Assembly: GCF_000195955.2 (NCBI RefSeq)
Contig: NC_000962.3
Coordinates: 3,360,001-3,392,000, forward strand
Length of the DNA: 32,000 nucleotides
Reading direction: 5' to 3'
Source of the DNA: Mycobacterium tuberculosis H37Rv
GTDB lineage: Bacteria; Actinomycetota; Actinomycetes; Mycobacteriales; Mycobacteriaceae
Part shown: piece by piece, positions 1 to 9,949 of the stretch
How positions within the stretch are numbered: the first letter of the stretch is position 1
How the letters are laid out: every line of letters begins with the position of its first letter
Translations under genes and position numbers: made by a program
The notes under the pieces: generated by a model
Told to the model about the DNA's origin: nothing
The model's input: only the letters and a program-made list of their open reading frames with translations
Databases searched by the model: none

Positions 1-619
<619 letters not shown>

Positions 620-623
620 CTAG

Positions 624-1130
624 CTACTTGGCGGTGCCGATGCCGCGCGGACCGCGGGACAGCGACACCATTCCGGATTGGGCGATTTCGCGAATACCGA
701 ACGGCTCCAACACCCGCAGCAGGGCCTCTAACTTGCCGCGGTTACCGGTGGCCTCGACGGTCAATGACTCCGGGGATACGTCAATCACGTTGGCGCGAAA
801 CAGATTCACCGCTTCGATCACTTGGCTGCGGCTGCCGGCGTCGGCTTGGACCTTGATGAGCGCCAATTCCCGTGACACCGAGTGCTCGTCGTCCTGCTCG
901 ACGATCTTGATGACGTTGATCAGCTTGTTGAGCTGCTTGGTGATCTGCTCGAGCGGAGTGTCCTCGGCGGAGACCACGATGGTCATCCGTGACCTGTCCT
1001 TGCACTCGGTGGCACCCACCGCCAACGACTCGATGTTGAAACCGCGCCGGGAGAACAGCGCCGCCACCCGCGCCAGCACGCCGGGCTTGTCTTCGACCAA
1101 CACCGACAACGTGTGCGTCTTCGGGCTCAT
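624..1130 (-). CDS. ilvN: Acetolactate synthase small (regulatory) subunit, ACT domain
   Basis: 168 aa [42 protein letters not shown]...; classic IlvN/IlvH ACT sequence, between ilvB and ilvC. Confidence 0.97.
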   Translation of the reverse strand: MSPKTHTLSVLVEDKPGVLARVAALFSRRGFNIESLAVGATECKDRSRMTIVVSAEDTPLEQITKQLNKLINVIKIVEQDDEHSVSRELALIKVQADAGSRSQVIEAVNLFRANVIDVSPESLTVEATGNRGKLEALLRVLEPFGIREIAQSGMVSLSRGPRGIGTAK

Positions 1131-2986
1131 CAGGCGTGGCCTTCGGTGATGTCGTCGAACAGGGGGCGAATGCCGCGGGCGGCCTGGATCTCGTCATTGC
1201 TGGTGCCCGCGGCCACCATCGGCCACACTTGCGCGTCGGCACCGACGATGAAGTCGATCACCACCGGGCAGTCGTTGATCGCCCGCGCCTGGTTGATGAC
1301 GTCGACGACGTCCTCTTCCCGCTCGCACCGCAACCCCACACACCCCAAGGCCTCGGCCAGTTTCACGAAGTCGGGGATGCGGTGCGAATGAGTGGCCAGG
1401 TCGGTCTGCGAGTACCGCTCGGCATAGAACAGGCTCTGCCACTGCCGCACCATGCCCAGGTTGCCGTTGTTGATCAGCGCCACCTTGACCGGTATGCCCT
1501 CGACCGCGCAGGTGGCCAGCTCCTGGTTGGTCATCTGGAAGCAACCGTCGCCGTCGATCGCCCAGACCTCGGTGCCGGGGAGGGCGATCTTGGCGCCCAT
1601 GGCCGCCGGGATGGCAAACCCCATGGTGCCCAGACCGCCGGAGTTCAGCCAGCTGCGCGGCTTTTCGTATCTGATGAACTGCGCGGCCCACATCTGGTGC
1701 TGGCCGACGCCGGCGACGAAGACGGCGTCCGGCCCGGCGATCTCGCCGAGCTTTTCGATCACGTATTCCGGGCTCAGGCTGCCGTCGCTCTGCGGCCCAT
1801 AGCTCAGCGGATAGGTCTTGCGCACACCGTTCAGGTATGCCCACCAGTCGGCCATCTCGATGGTGCCGGGAATGTGGTGGTGGCGCAGCATCGCGATCAG
1901 TTCGGTGATGACGGCCTTGACGTCACCGACGATGGGCACGTCGGCGTGGCGGTTCTTGCCGATCTCGGCCGGGTCGATGTCGGCGTGGATGACCTTGGCT
2001 TCCGGCGCGAACGAGTCGAGCTTGCCGGTCACCCGGTCGTCGAAGCGGGTACCCAGCGCGATCAGCAGGTCGCTGCGCTGCAGCGCCGCCACGGCGGCCA
2101 CCGTGCCGTGCATGCCGGGCATGCCGAGGTTTTGCCGGTGGCTGTCGGGAAACGCGCCGCGGGCCATCAGCGTGGTGACCACCGGGATGCCGGTCAGCTC
2201 GGCCAGCTCCCGGAGCTGCTCGGTGGCCTCACCGCGGATGACGCCGCCGCCGACATACAGCACCGGCTTGCGCGCGGCCGCGATCAGCTTGGCGGCCTCG
2301 CGGACCTGCCGGCTGTGCGGTTTGGTGTTGGGCTTGTAGCCGGGCAGCTCCATCCGCGGCGGCCAGCTGAACGTGCACTGGCCCTGCAGCACGTCCTTGG
2401 GGATGTCGACCAGCACCGCGCCCGGACGGCCGGAGGCCGCGATGTGGAAGGCCTCGGCCAGCACCCGCGGAATGTCGTCACCGGAGCGGACCAGAAAGTT
2501 GTGCTTGGTGATCGGCATCGTGATGCCCGAGATGTCGGCCTCCTGGAAGGCGTCGGTGCCGATCAGCCCCCGCCCGACCTGACCGGTGATAGCGACCACC
2601 GGGATCGAGTCCATCTGCGCGTCGGCCAGCGGGGTCACCAGGTTGGTCGCTCCGGGACCCGACGTTGCCATGCACACGCCCACCCGGCCGGTGACGTGCG
2701 CGTAGCCGCTGGCGGCATGCCCGGCGCCCTGTTCGTGGCGGACCAGCACGTGGCGCAGCTTTTTCGAGTCGAACAGCGGGTCATACACCGGCAGCACCGC
2801 ACCGCCCGGAATCCCGAAAATGACGTCGACGCCGAGTTCCTCCAGCGACCGGATGACCGCCTGTGCACCGGTAAGCTGCTGCAGTGCAACATGTTTCGGA
2901 CGAGCCGCCGGGTGCTTTGGCTCATTCGCCGCGCTGTGTGGCTCTGGCTTGAATGTCGGTGAGTGTGGCTTGGTTGGTGCGCTCAC
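1130..2986 (-). CDS. ilvB1: Acetolactate synthase large subunit (TPP-dependent)
   Basis: ORF with [30 protein letters not shown]-type and [15 protein letters not shown] (TPP-binding) motifs. Likely start at [10 protein letters not shown] (618 aa); the track ORF extends 15 codons further. Confidence 0.95.
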
Positions 2987-3032
2987 TGTTGTGTGATCCT
3001 CTATTGCTCTGGAAGTCTCGTTGGTGGACAAG

Positions 3033-3067
3033 AAAAAACCCTCGCCAGCTCAGCTGCTGCACGAGGG
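3033..3067 (-). terminator. Probable intrinsic terminator/attenuator in the ilvB1 leader
   Basis: Minus strand CCCTCG-TG-CAGC-AGCTGA-GCTG-G-CGAGGG followed by TTTTTT: arms at 3062-3067 and 3039-3044, U-tract at 3033-3038, about 46 nt upstream of the ilvB1 start. Confidence 0.75.
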
Positions 3068-3069
3068 TC

Positions 3070-3106
3070 GCGTTGGTGCTCGCTTGGGCTAGTCAGGCAC
3101 CAACGC
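3070..3106 (-). promoter_or_regulatory. Upstream leader hairpin (10-bp perfect inverted repeat) overlapping the end of a short leader ORF
   Basis: GCGTTGGTGC ... GCACCAACGC; arms 3097-3106 and 3070-3079, 17 nt loop. Confidence 0.65.
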
Positions 3107-3152
3107 GCCGACCAATTACTACGAGCATCCCGGGCTTTCCGGCCTTGTCCAT
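3093..3152 (-). CDS. Candidate ilv leader peptide MDKAGKPG-MLVVIGRRVGA
   Basis: In-frame ATGs at 3152 and 3128, stop TGA at 3095-3093. Clustered Leu-Val-Val-Ile codons plus a further Val, just upstream of the attenuator hairpins. Confidence 0.6.
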   Translation of the reverse strand: MDKAGKPGMLVVIGRRVGA

Positions 3153-3212
3153 AGTGTCCGACGGTAGCCTTCACACAGCTCAGCAGTCAAATCCGCGGTG
3201 TCAGTCTTGATC

Positions 3213-3272
3213 CGCGAGCGTGACGGCACTGCGAAATCCCATGCGAATTTTCGCGGTGGCGTTACGCTCGCG
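3213..3272. repeat. Imperfect 24-bp intergenic palindrome, family A
   Basis: Left arm cgcgagcgtgacggcactgcgaaa (3213-3236), right arm tttcgcggtggcgttacgctcgcg (3249-3272); 21/24 complementary. Confidence 0.8.
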
Positions 3273-3347
3273 AACTCGACGCCCACCAAGCGGTGAGATG
3301 ATGCTGGGGTGGCCACCACATCGCCGGTCGTGATCAAAGTGTCGCCG

Positions 3348-3686
3348 ATGGCGCACTTCGCCGTGGGATTCCTGACCCTGGGTCTGCTGGTGCCGGTACT
3401 GACCTGGCCGGTGAGCGCCCCGCTGTTAGTCATTCCGGTGGCGTTGTCGGCATCGATCATTCGGCTCCGCACGCTCGCCGACGAGCGGGGCGTGACCGTG
3501 CGGACGCTGGTCGGCAGCCGCGCGGTGCGCTGGGACGACATCGACGGGCTGCGGTTCCACCGCGGGTCCTGGGCGCGCGCAACGCTCAAGGACGGTACCG
3601 AGCTGCGATTGCCCGCGGTGACCTTTGCGACGCTGCCGCACCTGACCGAAGCCAGCTCGGGACGGGTCCCCAACCCGTACCGATGA
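3348..3686 (+). CDS. cfp6: Small membrane/secreted PH-domain-like protein, low molecular weight antigen CFP6
   Basis: MAHFAVGFLTLGLLVPVLTWPVSAPLLVIPVALSASIIRLRTLADERGVTVRTL...; 112 aa from the likely start, two hydrophobic segments. The track ORF begins at 3309. Confidence 0.85.
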   Translation: MAHFAVGFLTLGLLVPVLTWPVSAPLLVIPVALSASIIRLRTLADERGVTVRTLVGSRAVRWDDIDGLRFHRGSWARATLKDGTELRLPAVTFATLPHLTEASSGRVPNPYR

Positions 3687-3692
3687 CAGCGT

Positions 3693-4532
3693 TCAGGCCA
3701 GCGGATTTGCCCCGTTGAGCAGCACCCATACGGCAATACCCGCCGCGATGCCACCCAACAGCGCTACAAACGATCCGATAAATGGCCGATGAGCCCAGCC
3801 GCGGGCCGCGTCCAGACCGTAGCGGCCGGGACCACTCAAGATAACGGCGACCGCCATCACGACCAGGGTGATCTGGTATTCATGCCCGTCCTGCAGGAAG
3901 TACGCGACGGGCCGCGAATGCTGTGCCGAGATGCCGGCGAGCAGGCCGTTGATCAAGAAGGCCAGCGCGCCCGCGGCCGCCAGCGGAGTAAACAAACCCA
4001 ACACCAGCAGCACTCCGGCGACGATCTCGCCGCCAGCGCTCACATAAGCGAGGATCTCGGCGTGCTGGTAACCAATGTCGGACAGCGAGTTCTGGAATCC
4101 GGCCAGACCCTGGCCGTCCCACCAGCCGAACAATTTCTGCAGCCCATGGGCGATAAGGACCGCGCCCAGACCGACCCGCAATATCAGCAGCCCGAGATTC
4201 TGGGTGCCGCGCCGACCTGCGGCGCGTACCCGCTCGTCGTCGTCCATGTCGATTCCGGCAGATCCCGCCGGTACCTGCCGGCCCGGCTGCGGCTGGACGT
4301 AGGGCAACGGCTCCGCAGCTTCGATCAGGCTGTACCCGGAGTTGCCGACACCAGAGCTAGCGGCATCATAGGGCGGGATAACGGTGGTGGTTCCACTGCC
4401 AAAGTCCCCGGCATATCTGGCCGGCGTCAGGTCATCCTCGGGGTCGACCAGGCTTGCCGAGACAGGCCGTCCAGGCATTGGCCCAGGCGAATCATCCGGC
4501 CGCTGCCAATGTGAGTCATTCGAACTGGTCAC
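3693..4532 (-). CDS. DoxX-family integral membrane protein
   Basis: LGLLILRVGLGAVLIAHGLQKLFGWWDGQGLAGFQNSL... matches the DoxX pattern; synteny with Rv3005c. Start chosen at VTSSNDSHW. Confidence 0.85.
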   Translation of the reverse strand: MTSSNDSHWQRPDDSPGPMPGRPVSASLVDPEDDLTPARYAGDFGSGTTTVIPPYDAASSGVGNSGYSLIEAAEPLPYVQPQPGRQVPAGSAGIDMDDDERVRAAGRRGTQNLGLLILRVGLGAVLIAHGLQKLFGWWDGQGLAGFQNSLSDIGYQHAEILAYVSAGGEIVAGVLLVLGLFTPLAAAGALAFLINGLLAGISAQHSRPVAYFLQDGHEYQITLVVMAVAVILSGPGRYGLDAARGWAHRPFIGSFVALLGGIAAGIAVWVLLNGANPLA

Positions 4533-4708
4533 TCGTGTCAGGGTAAGGCCATTTAGTGCCGAATTGGGGATTTGAGCGGCGCTTTCGCCAGACAATCCGC
4601 ACATTGACCCTGACCAGCCCACCAAAAGGCCCCAATTGGGCCGCCATGCCGACAGTGCGCACCCCGGCAGGTGGCGGCGATGCCCACAATGTCCGTAGCC
4701 TGTCGGTC

Positions 4709-5830
4709 ATGTGGACAACGCGGTTGGTTCGATCCGGACTCGCCGCGCTGTGCGCGGCAGTGCTGGTATCGAGCGGCTGCGCACGGTTCAACGACGCTCA
4801 ATCTCAGCCGTTCACCACCGAACCGGAGCTGCGGCCCCAACCCAGCTCGACACCTCCCCCCCCGCCGCCGCTGCCGCCGGTTCCCTTTCCCAAGGAATGT
4901 CCGGCGCCGGGCGTGATGCAAGGCTGCCTTGAGAGCACCAGCGGCTTGATCATGGGCATCGACAGCAAGACCGCACTGGTCGCCGAGCGCATCACCGGTG
5001 CCGTCGAGGAGATCTCTATCAGCGCCGAGCCGAAGGTAAAGACGGTCATCCCCGTGGATCCTGCCGGTGACGGTGGCTTGATGGACATTGTGCTGTCGCC
5101 CACCTACTCGCAAGACCGGCTGATGTACGCCTACATCAGCACGCCCACCGACAACCGGGTGGTGCGAGTGGCCGACGGCGACATCCCCAAGGACATCCTG
5201 ACCGGCATCCCCAAAGGTGCTGCCGGTAACACCGGGGCGCTGATCTTCACCAGTCCCACCACGCTGGTCGTGATGACCGGGGATGCTGGCGACCCGGCGT
5301 TGGCCGCCGATCCCCAATCGTTGGCCGGTAAGGTCCTGCGTATCGAACAGCCCACCACCATCGGCCAGACGCCGCCGACGACGGCGCTGTCTGGCATCGG
5401 CTCCGGCGGCGGCTTGTGCATCGATCCGGTCGACGGCTCGCTATATGTCGCCGACCGCACGCCAACGGCGGACCGATTGCAGCGCATCACCAAGAACTCG
5501 GAGGTCTCTACGGTATGGACCTGGCCGGACAAGCCCGGCGTGGCCGGGTGTGCCGCGATGGACGGCACCGTGCTGGTCAACCTGATTAATACCAAACTGA
5601 CGGTGGCGGTCCGGCTCGCGCCGTCGACCGGTGCGGTCACCGGAGAACCCGACGTTGTCCGCAAAGACACTCATGCGCATGCGTGGGCATTACGGATGTC
5701 GCCGGACGGCAACGTCTGGGGAGCCACCGTCAACAAGACCGCCGGCGACGCCGAGAAGCTCGACGATGTGGTGTTCCCGCTGTTCCCGCAGGGTGGCGGC
5801 TTCCCGCGCAACAACGACGACAAGACCTGA
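4709..5830 (+). CDS. lppZ: Lipoprotein LppZ, glucose/sorbosone dehydrogenase-like beta propeller
   Basis: Signal peptide and lipobox MWTTRLVRSGLAALCAAVLVSSGC. Body matches the GSDH-like pattern (LMDIVLSPTYSQDRLMYAYIST, GIGSGGGLCIDPVDGSLYVADR). Confidence 0.9.
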   Translation: MWTTRLVRSGLAALCAAVLVSSGCARFNDAQSQPFTTEPELRPQPSSTPPPPPPLPPVPFPKECPAPGVMQGCLESTSGLIMGIDSKTALVAERITGAVEEISISAEPKVKTVIPVDPAGDGGLMDIVLSPTYSQDRLMYAYISTPTDNRVVRVADGDIPKDILTGIPKGAAGNTGALIFTSPTTLVVMTGDAGDPALAADPQSLAGKVLRIEQPTTIGQTPPTTALSGIGSGGGLCIDPVDGSLYVADRTPTADRLQRITKNSEVSTVWTWPDKPGVAGCAAMDGTVLVNLINTKLTVAVRLAPSTGAVTGEPDVVRKDTHAHAWALRMSPDGNVWGATVNKTAGDAEKLDDVVFPLFPQGGGFPRNNDDKT

Positions 5831-5835
5831 CCCGG

Positions 5836-6450
5836 TTAGGGCACGTCGAGCGTGAACCTTACGACGCCGTATCGGCGTGTCTCGTCGCCCCGTTCACGCT
5901 CGTAGAACCGGGGTGAGGCTTCCTTGCCAGGGTCGATGTCGTCGACATCAAAGTCGAGGTCGGAGAGGTAGAGCAGATCTTCCGAGCACTCCGGAGCCCA
6001 CACGCTCACGGGCTCCAACAGGTAAGCCACATAATCCCCGACATCGCTGCGACTGGCCGTCCTACCGATGAACCAGGCGGCCGCGTCGTCGAGAATCGGC
6101 ATTCCACAGGGGCCAGCGCGCCACGAGCAACGGGCGAACTTGTTGACCTCCTCCTCCGTTTGGCTGCCGAACAGTTCGGCGAGCACATGCTGCCGCTGCG
6201 AAAGCACGTGCACGGCGAGGTGCTCGGATCGGCTCGCCACCTCGGAGGTGCCGGTGCTCCTCGGCAGGCCGACCATAAAACTCGGGGGCTGCACGCTCGT
6301 TTGGGTAGCGAAGCTGACCAGACAACCCGCGGGGTGACCATCGGCCTGGGTTGTCACCACAAACACCGGGTGGTCCAGCATCCCCATCAACTCGTCGAAC
6401 GACTCATCGATCACATCACCATCATGAATCCGCGCAACGTCTTCTGACAC
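5836..6450 (-). CDS. Flavin reductase-like (FMN-binding split barrel) oxidoreductase
   Basis: MGMLDHPVFVVTTQADGHPAGCLVSFATQTSVQPPSFMVGLPRSTGTSEVASRSEHLAVHVLSQRQHVLAELFG is typical of the flavin reductase domain. The start is uncertain. Confidence 0.8.
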   Translation of the reverse strand: MSEDVARIHDGDVIDESFDELMGMLDHPVFVVTTQADGHPAGCLVSFATQTSVQPPSFMVGLPRSTGTSEVASRSEHLAVHVLSQRQHVLAELFGSQTEEEVNKFARCSWRAGPCGMPILDDAAAWFIGRTASRSDVGDYVAYLLEPVSVWAPECSEDLLYLSDLDFDVDDIDPGKEASPRFYERERGDETRRYGVVRFTLDVP

Positions 6451-6643
6451 TCTTTCCGAGCGTTCAGTCGGCGAATCGCCGCTACCGCCATCACGTCGAC
6501 CGGTGAGGCCGCCGTCACGGCCCCAAATCGGCGACGATCTGGGCACGGAATCAGAACCTGATTGGGTCCCGGCCAGCCTCGCTGGCGTGGGAAGTCACCA
6601 CGGTCGCGCCGCGGCTTCTCAACCCGGCCGACACGCGCTCCCG

Positions 6644-7267
6644 ATGCTCACTGTCGTCGCTGTCATAGGCATACTCGAATGTGGATTAGTGCTACACATG
6701 CCTGACAACGATTTGTGGTACTGCGGGCCATGGACACTATGGGTGATGGCCGGTAGGGGTGTTGCGTCGGGCGCGGGAGTGTGGCGAGGTGATCGCGTTG
6801 CGACGCCCCTTGCGGTGGCGATTACCGCAGCCGGATTGGTATCAGGGGCCCGGATAGGACCCGGTGCGGCTGCGAAACGCGACCCGCAGCTCGCACAGTG
6901 GAACGAGATTCGCAGTCACTACCAAGAGATCGCCGAGTGGATCGACCACGACACAGCAACCGCACACCCCGCTGTTGCCGCAACGCAGATCAGTGCCGCT
7001 GGCTCTTTCGGCCGCGCCAATATGGTCGACTACCTGGGGCTCCTGGATTCCAGGGCCGACGAAACGGTCCGACGCGACGAATTTTCGCGGTGGCTGTCGG
7101 CCAAACCCGACTACTTGGTCACCACCGAGCAATCTGTCGACGCCGCCACGATAGCCCTTCCTGAATTCCGCCATGCGTACGACCGCGCGGCCACCATCGG
7201 GACACTCAACGTGTATCGTCGCAACTCCCCTGACGGTGATGAACCGCTACCCGCGGACGGCAACTAA
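6644..7267 (+). CDS. Conserved hypothetical protein with an N-terminal hydrophobic segment
   Basis: [31 protein letters not shown]..., ending tail-to-tail with gatB. Synteny with Rv3008. Start approximate. Confidence 0.65.
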   Translation: MLTVVAVIGILECGLVLHMPDNDLWYCGPWTLWVMAGRGVASGAGVWRGDRVATPLAVAITAAGLVSGARIGPGAAAKRDPQLAQWNEIRSHYQEIAEWIDHDTATAHPAVAATQISAAGSFGRANMVDYLGLLDSRADETVRRDEFSRWLSAKPDYLVTTEQSVDAATIALPEFRHAYDRAATIGTLNVYRRNSPDGDEPLPADGN

Positions 7268-8793
7268 CCCTGCCCGCAGGCCTCTAGAACGAGTTCGCGC
7301 ACTCGGGCCGCGTCGGCCTGTCCGCGGGTCGCCTTCATCACCGCACCGACAATCGCGCCGGCCGCGGCCACCTTGCCGCCGCGAATCTTGTCCGCCACAT
7401 CAGGATTTGCGGCCAGGGCCTCGTCGACCGCGGCCTGGGTCAACGAGTCGTCGCGGACCAACGCCAACCCTCTCGCAGTCATCACCTGTTCGGGCTCACC
7501 TTCACCGGCCAGCACACCCTCCACGACTTGGCGGGCCAAGCTGTTGGACAGCTTGCCCTCATCGACCAATGCCACCACGGCTGCGACCTGGGCAGGAGTG
7601 ATGGCCAGTTCGTCCAGCCCGATGCCGGCCTCGTTGGCCTTTTGCGCCAGGAAGTTTCCCCACCAGGCGCGCGCCGCCTCGCTGGACGCGCCGTGCTCGA
7701 CGGTGGCAGCAACCAATTCGACGGCGCCGGCGTTGACCAGATCGCGCATCACCTCGTCGGAAACGCCCCACTCCTGCTGAATCCTCCTGCGGCTCAACCA
7801 CGGCAATTCGGGGATCGTCTGGCGTAGTCGCTCGACCAGCTCGCGACTGGGCGCGACAGGCTCCAAATCCGGCTCCGGGAAGTACCGATAGTCCTCGGCG
7901 GTCTCCTTGGTGCGGCCCGCGCTGGTGTAACCGGCCTCGTGAAAGTGTCTGGTTTCCTGGGTGATCCGACCACCAGACGCCAAAATAGCGCCCTGGCGCT
8001 GCATTTCGTAGCGGACGGCGACTTCGACGCTCTTCAGCGAGTTGACGTTCTTGGTCTCGGTCCGGGTGCCGAATTCGGTCGTCCCGGCCGGCTTCAGCGA
8101 CACGTTGGCGTCACAGCGCATCGAACCCTGGTCCATCCGGACATCAGATACATCTAATGCGCGCAGCAGATCCCGCAACGCCGTCACATAGGACCGGGCG
8201 ATCTGCGGCGCCCGGGCACCGGCGCCCACGATGGGTTTGGTGACGATCTCGATGAGCGGCACGCCGGCACGGTTGTAGTCGATCAGCGAACCGGTGGCAC
8301 CGTGGATCCGGCCCGTCTCGCTGCCGATGTGGGTGAGCTTGCCGGTGTCTTCTTCCATGTGAGCTCGCTCAATCTCCACCCGCCAAGTGGTGCCGTCTTC
8401 CAAAGGCGCGTCCAGGTAGCCGTTGATGGCGATCGGCTCGTCGTACTGTGAGATCTGGTAGTTCTTGGGCATGTCGGGGTAGAAGTAGTTCTTCCGGGCG
8501 AAGCGACACCAGGGTACGATCTCGCAGTTCAGCGCCAGCCCGATGCGGATCGCCGACTCCACGGCGGCCCGGTTGAGCACCGGCAGCGAACCGGGCAAGC
8601 CCAGACACACCGGACACACCTGGGTGTTTGGCTCGCCGCCGAATGTGGTGGTGCAGCCACAGAACATCTTGGTCGCAGTGGACAGCTCGACGTGCACCTC
8701 GAGGCCGAGTACCGGCTGGAAGCGCGCGACGACCTCGTCGTAATCGAGCAGTTCAGCCCCTGCGGCCTTGGCTGCCCCGGCAGCAACAGTCAT
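7264..8793 (-). CDS. gatB: Aspartyl/glutamyl-tRNA amidotransferase subunit B
   Basis: [47 protein letters not shown] (GatB signature). 509 aa from ATG at 8793. Confidence 0.97.
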   Translation of the reverse strand: MTVAAGAAKAAGAELLDYDEVVARFQPVLGLEVHVELSTATKMFCGCTTTFGGEPNTQVCPVCLGLPGSLPVLNRAAVESAIRIGLALNCEIVPWCRFARKNYFYPDMPKNYQISQYDEPIAINGYLDAPLEDGTTWRVEIERAHMEEDTGKLTHIGSETGRIHGATGSLIDYNRAGVPLIEIVTKPIVGAGARAPQIARSYVTALRDLLRALDVSDVRMDQGSMRCDANVSLKPAGTTEFGTRTETKNVNSLKSVEVAVRYEMQRQGAILASGGRITQETRHFHEAGYTSAGRTKETAEDYRYFPEPDLEPVAPSRELVERLRQTIPELPWLSRRRIQQEWGVSDEVMRDLVNAGAVELVAATVEHGASSEAARAWWGNFLAQKANEAGIGLDELAITPAQVAAVVALVDEGKLSNSLARQVVEGVLAGEGEPEQVMTARGLALVRDDSLTQAAVDEALAANPDVADKIRGGKVAAAGAIVGAVMKATRGQADAARVRELVLEACGQG

Positions 8794-8822
8794 AGCCGCG
8801 ATCCTAGTTTGAGCACCCGACG

Positions 8823-9854
8823 TCAACCGAAGAAGGCGGCGGCGTCGTCGTAACGGCTCTGCGGCACCAGTTTGAGTTTGCGAACCGCATCCGCCAGCGG
8901 AACCCGACCGATGTCCTGGCCGCGCAACGTCACCATCTGGCCGTACTCGCCCGCATGCGCGGCGTCGGCGGCGTTCACCCCGAATCGGGTGGCCAGCACT
9001 CGGTCGTAGGCGGTCGGAGTACCACCCCGCTGGATGTGGCCCAACACCGTCACCCGGACATCCTTGTTGATGCGCTTCTCGACCTCGACCGCCAGCTGCG
9101 CCGCTACACCTGTGAAACGCTCGTGCCCGAACTCGTCGAGACCACCCTCGCGCAGCATGATCGTCCCCGGAGCCGGTTTGGCGCCTTCGGCGACCACGCA
9201 GATGAAATGCGAGTCCCCGCGCTGGAAACGGCCTTTGACCAGTCGGCACACCTCTTCGATGTCGAACGGCTGCTCAGGAATCAGGGTCATGTGAGCACCG
9301 GAGGCCAGCCCGGCGTTCAGCGCGATCCAGCCGGCATGCCTACCCATCACCTCCACCAGCATCACCCGCTCGTGGGATTCGGCGGTGCTGTGCAGCCGGT
9401 CGATGGCCTCGGTGGCCACGGTCAACGCGGTGTCGTGGCCGAAGGTCACATCGGTGCAGTCGATGTCGTTGTCGATCGTCTTTGGCACCCCGACCACCGG
9501 CACATTCTCTTCGGAGAGCCAACTCGCGGCGGTCAGCGTACCCTCACCGCCGATCGGGATCAGGACGTCGATCCCGTTGTCGTCCAAGGTCTGCATGATT
9601 TGGGGCAGCCCCGCCCGCAGTTTGTCGGGGTGCACCCGGGCCGTGCCCAGCATCGTGCCGCCCTTGGCCAGCAGCCGGTCATTGCGGTCGTCGTTGTGCA
9701 GTTGAACACGGCGGTTCTCCAGCAGCCCGCGAAAGCCGTTCTGAAATCCGACCACCGACGAGCCGTATCGGGCGTGGCAGGTACGCACCACCGCACGGAT
9801 GACGGCGTTAAGGCCGGGACAGTCGCCGCCTCCGGTAAGAACTCCAATCCGCAT
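8823..9854 (-). CDS. pfkA: 6-phosphofructokinase
   Basis: [66 protein letters not shown]. Confidence 0.96.
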   Translation of the reverse strand: MRIGVLTGGGDCPGLNAVIRAVVRTCHARYGSSVVGFQNGFRGLLENRRVQLHNDDRNDRLLAKGGTMLGTARVHPDKLRAGLPQIMQTLDDNGIDVLIPIGGEGTLTAASWLSEENVPVVGVPKTIDNDIDCTDVTFGHDTALTVATEAIDRLHSTAESHERVMLVEVMGRHAGWIALNAGLASGAHMTLIPEQPFDIEEVCRLVKGRFQRGDSHFICVVAEGAKPAPGTIMLREGGLDEFGHERFTGVAAQLAVEVEKRINKDVRVTVLGHIQRGGTPTAYDRVLATRFGVNAADAAHAGEYGQMVTLRGQDIGRVPLADAVRKLKLVPQSRYDDAAAFFG

Positions 9855-9887
9855 ACCCTCATCTTGCCGCGCGGCCGCCGACCTGGC

Positions 9888-9947
9888 GCGAGCAGACACA
9901 GAATCGCACGGGCGAGGGGCGCCGGATGCGAGTCTGTGTCTGCTCGC
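9888..9947. repeat. Intergenic palindrome, family B, between gatA and pfkA
   Basis: Arms gcgagcagacacagaatcgca (9888-9908) and tgcgagtctgtgtctgctcgc (9927-9947); 20/21 complementary, with the outer 15 bp perfect. Confidence 0.85.
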
Positions 9948-9949
9948 CG

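Noticed and set aside
1136-2962. 608 aa plus-strand ORF opposite ilvB1
   Set aside because: High-GC antisense shadow of a strongly supported ilvB1. Composition is dominated by GC-rich mirror codons (D/H/R/G/V/A runs) and it has no recognisable domain.
8823-9854. PfkA as a PPi-dependent variant because of GGDCPG and GGEGT motifs
   Set aside because: The glycine in IGGEG (rather than an acidic residue at the following position) fits ATP dependence. The variation seen is not enough to argue for PPi use.
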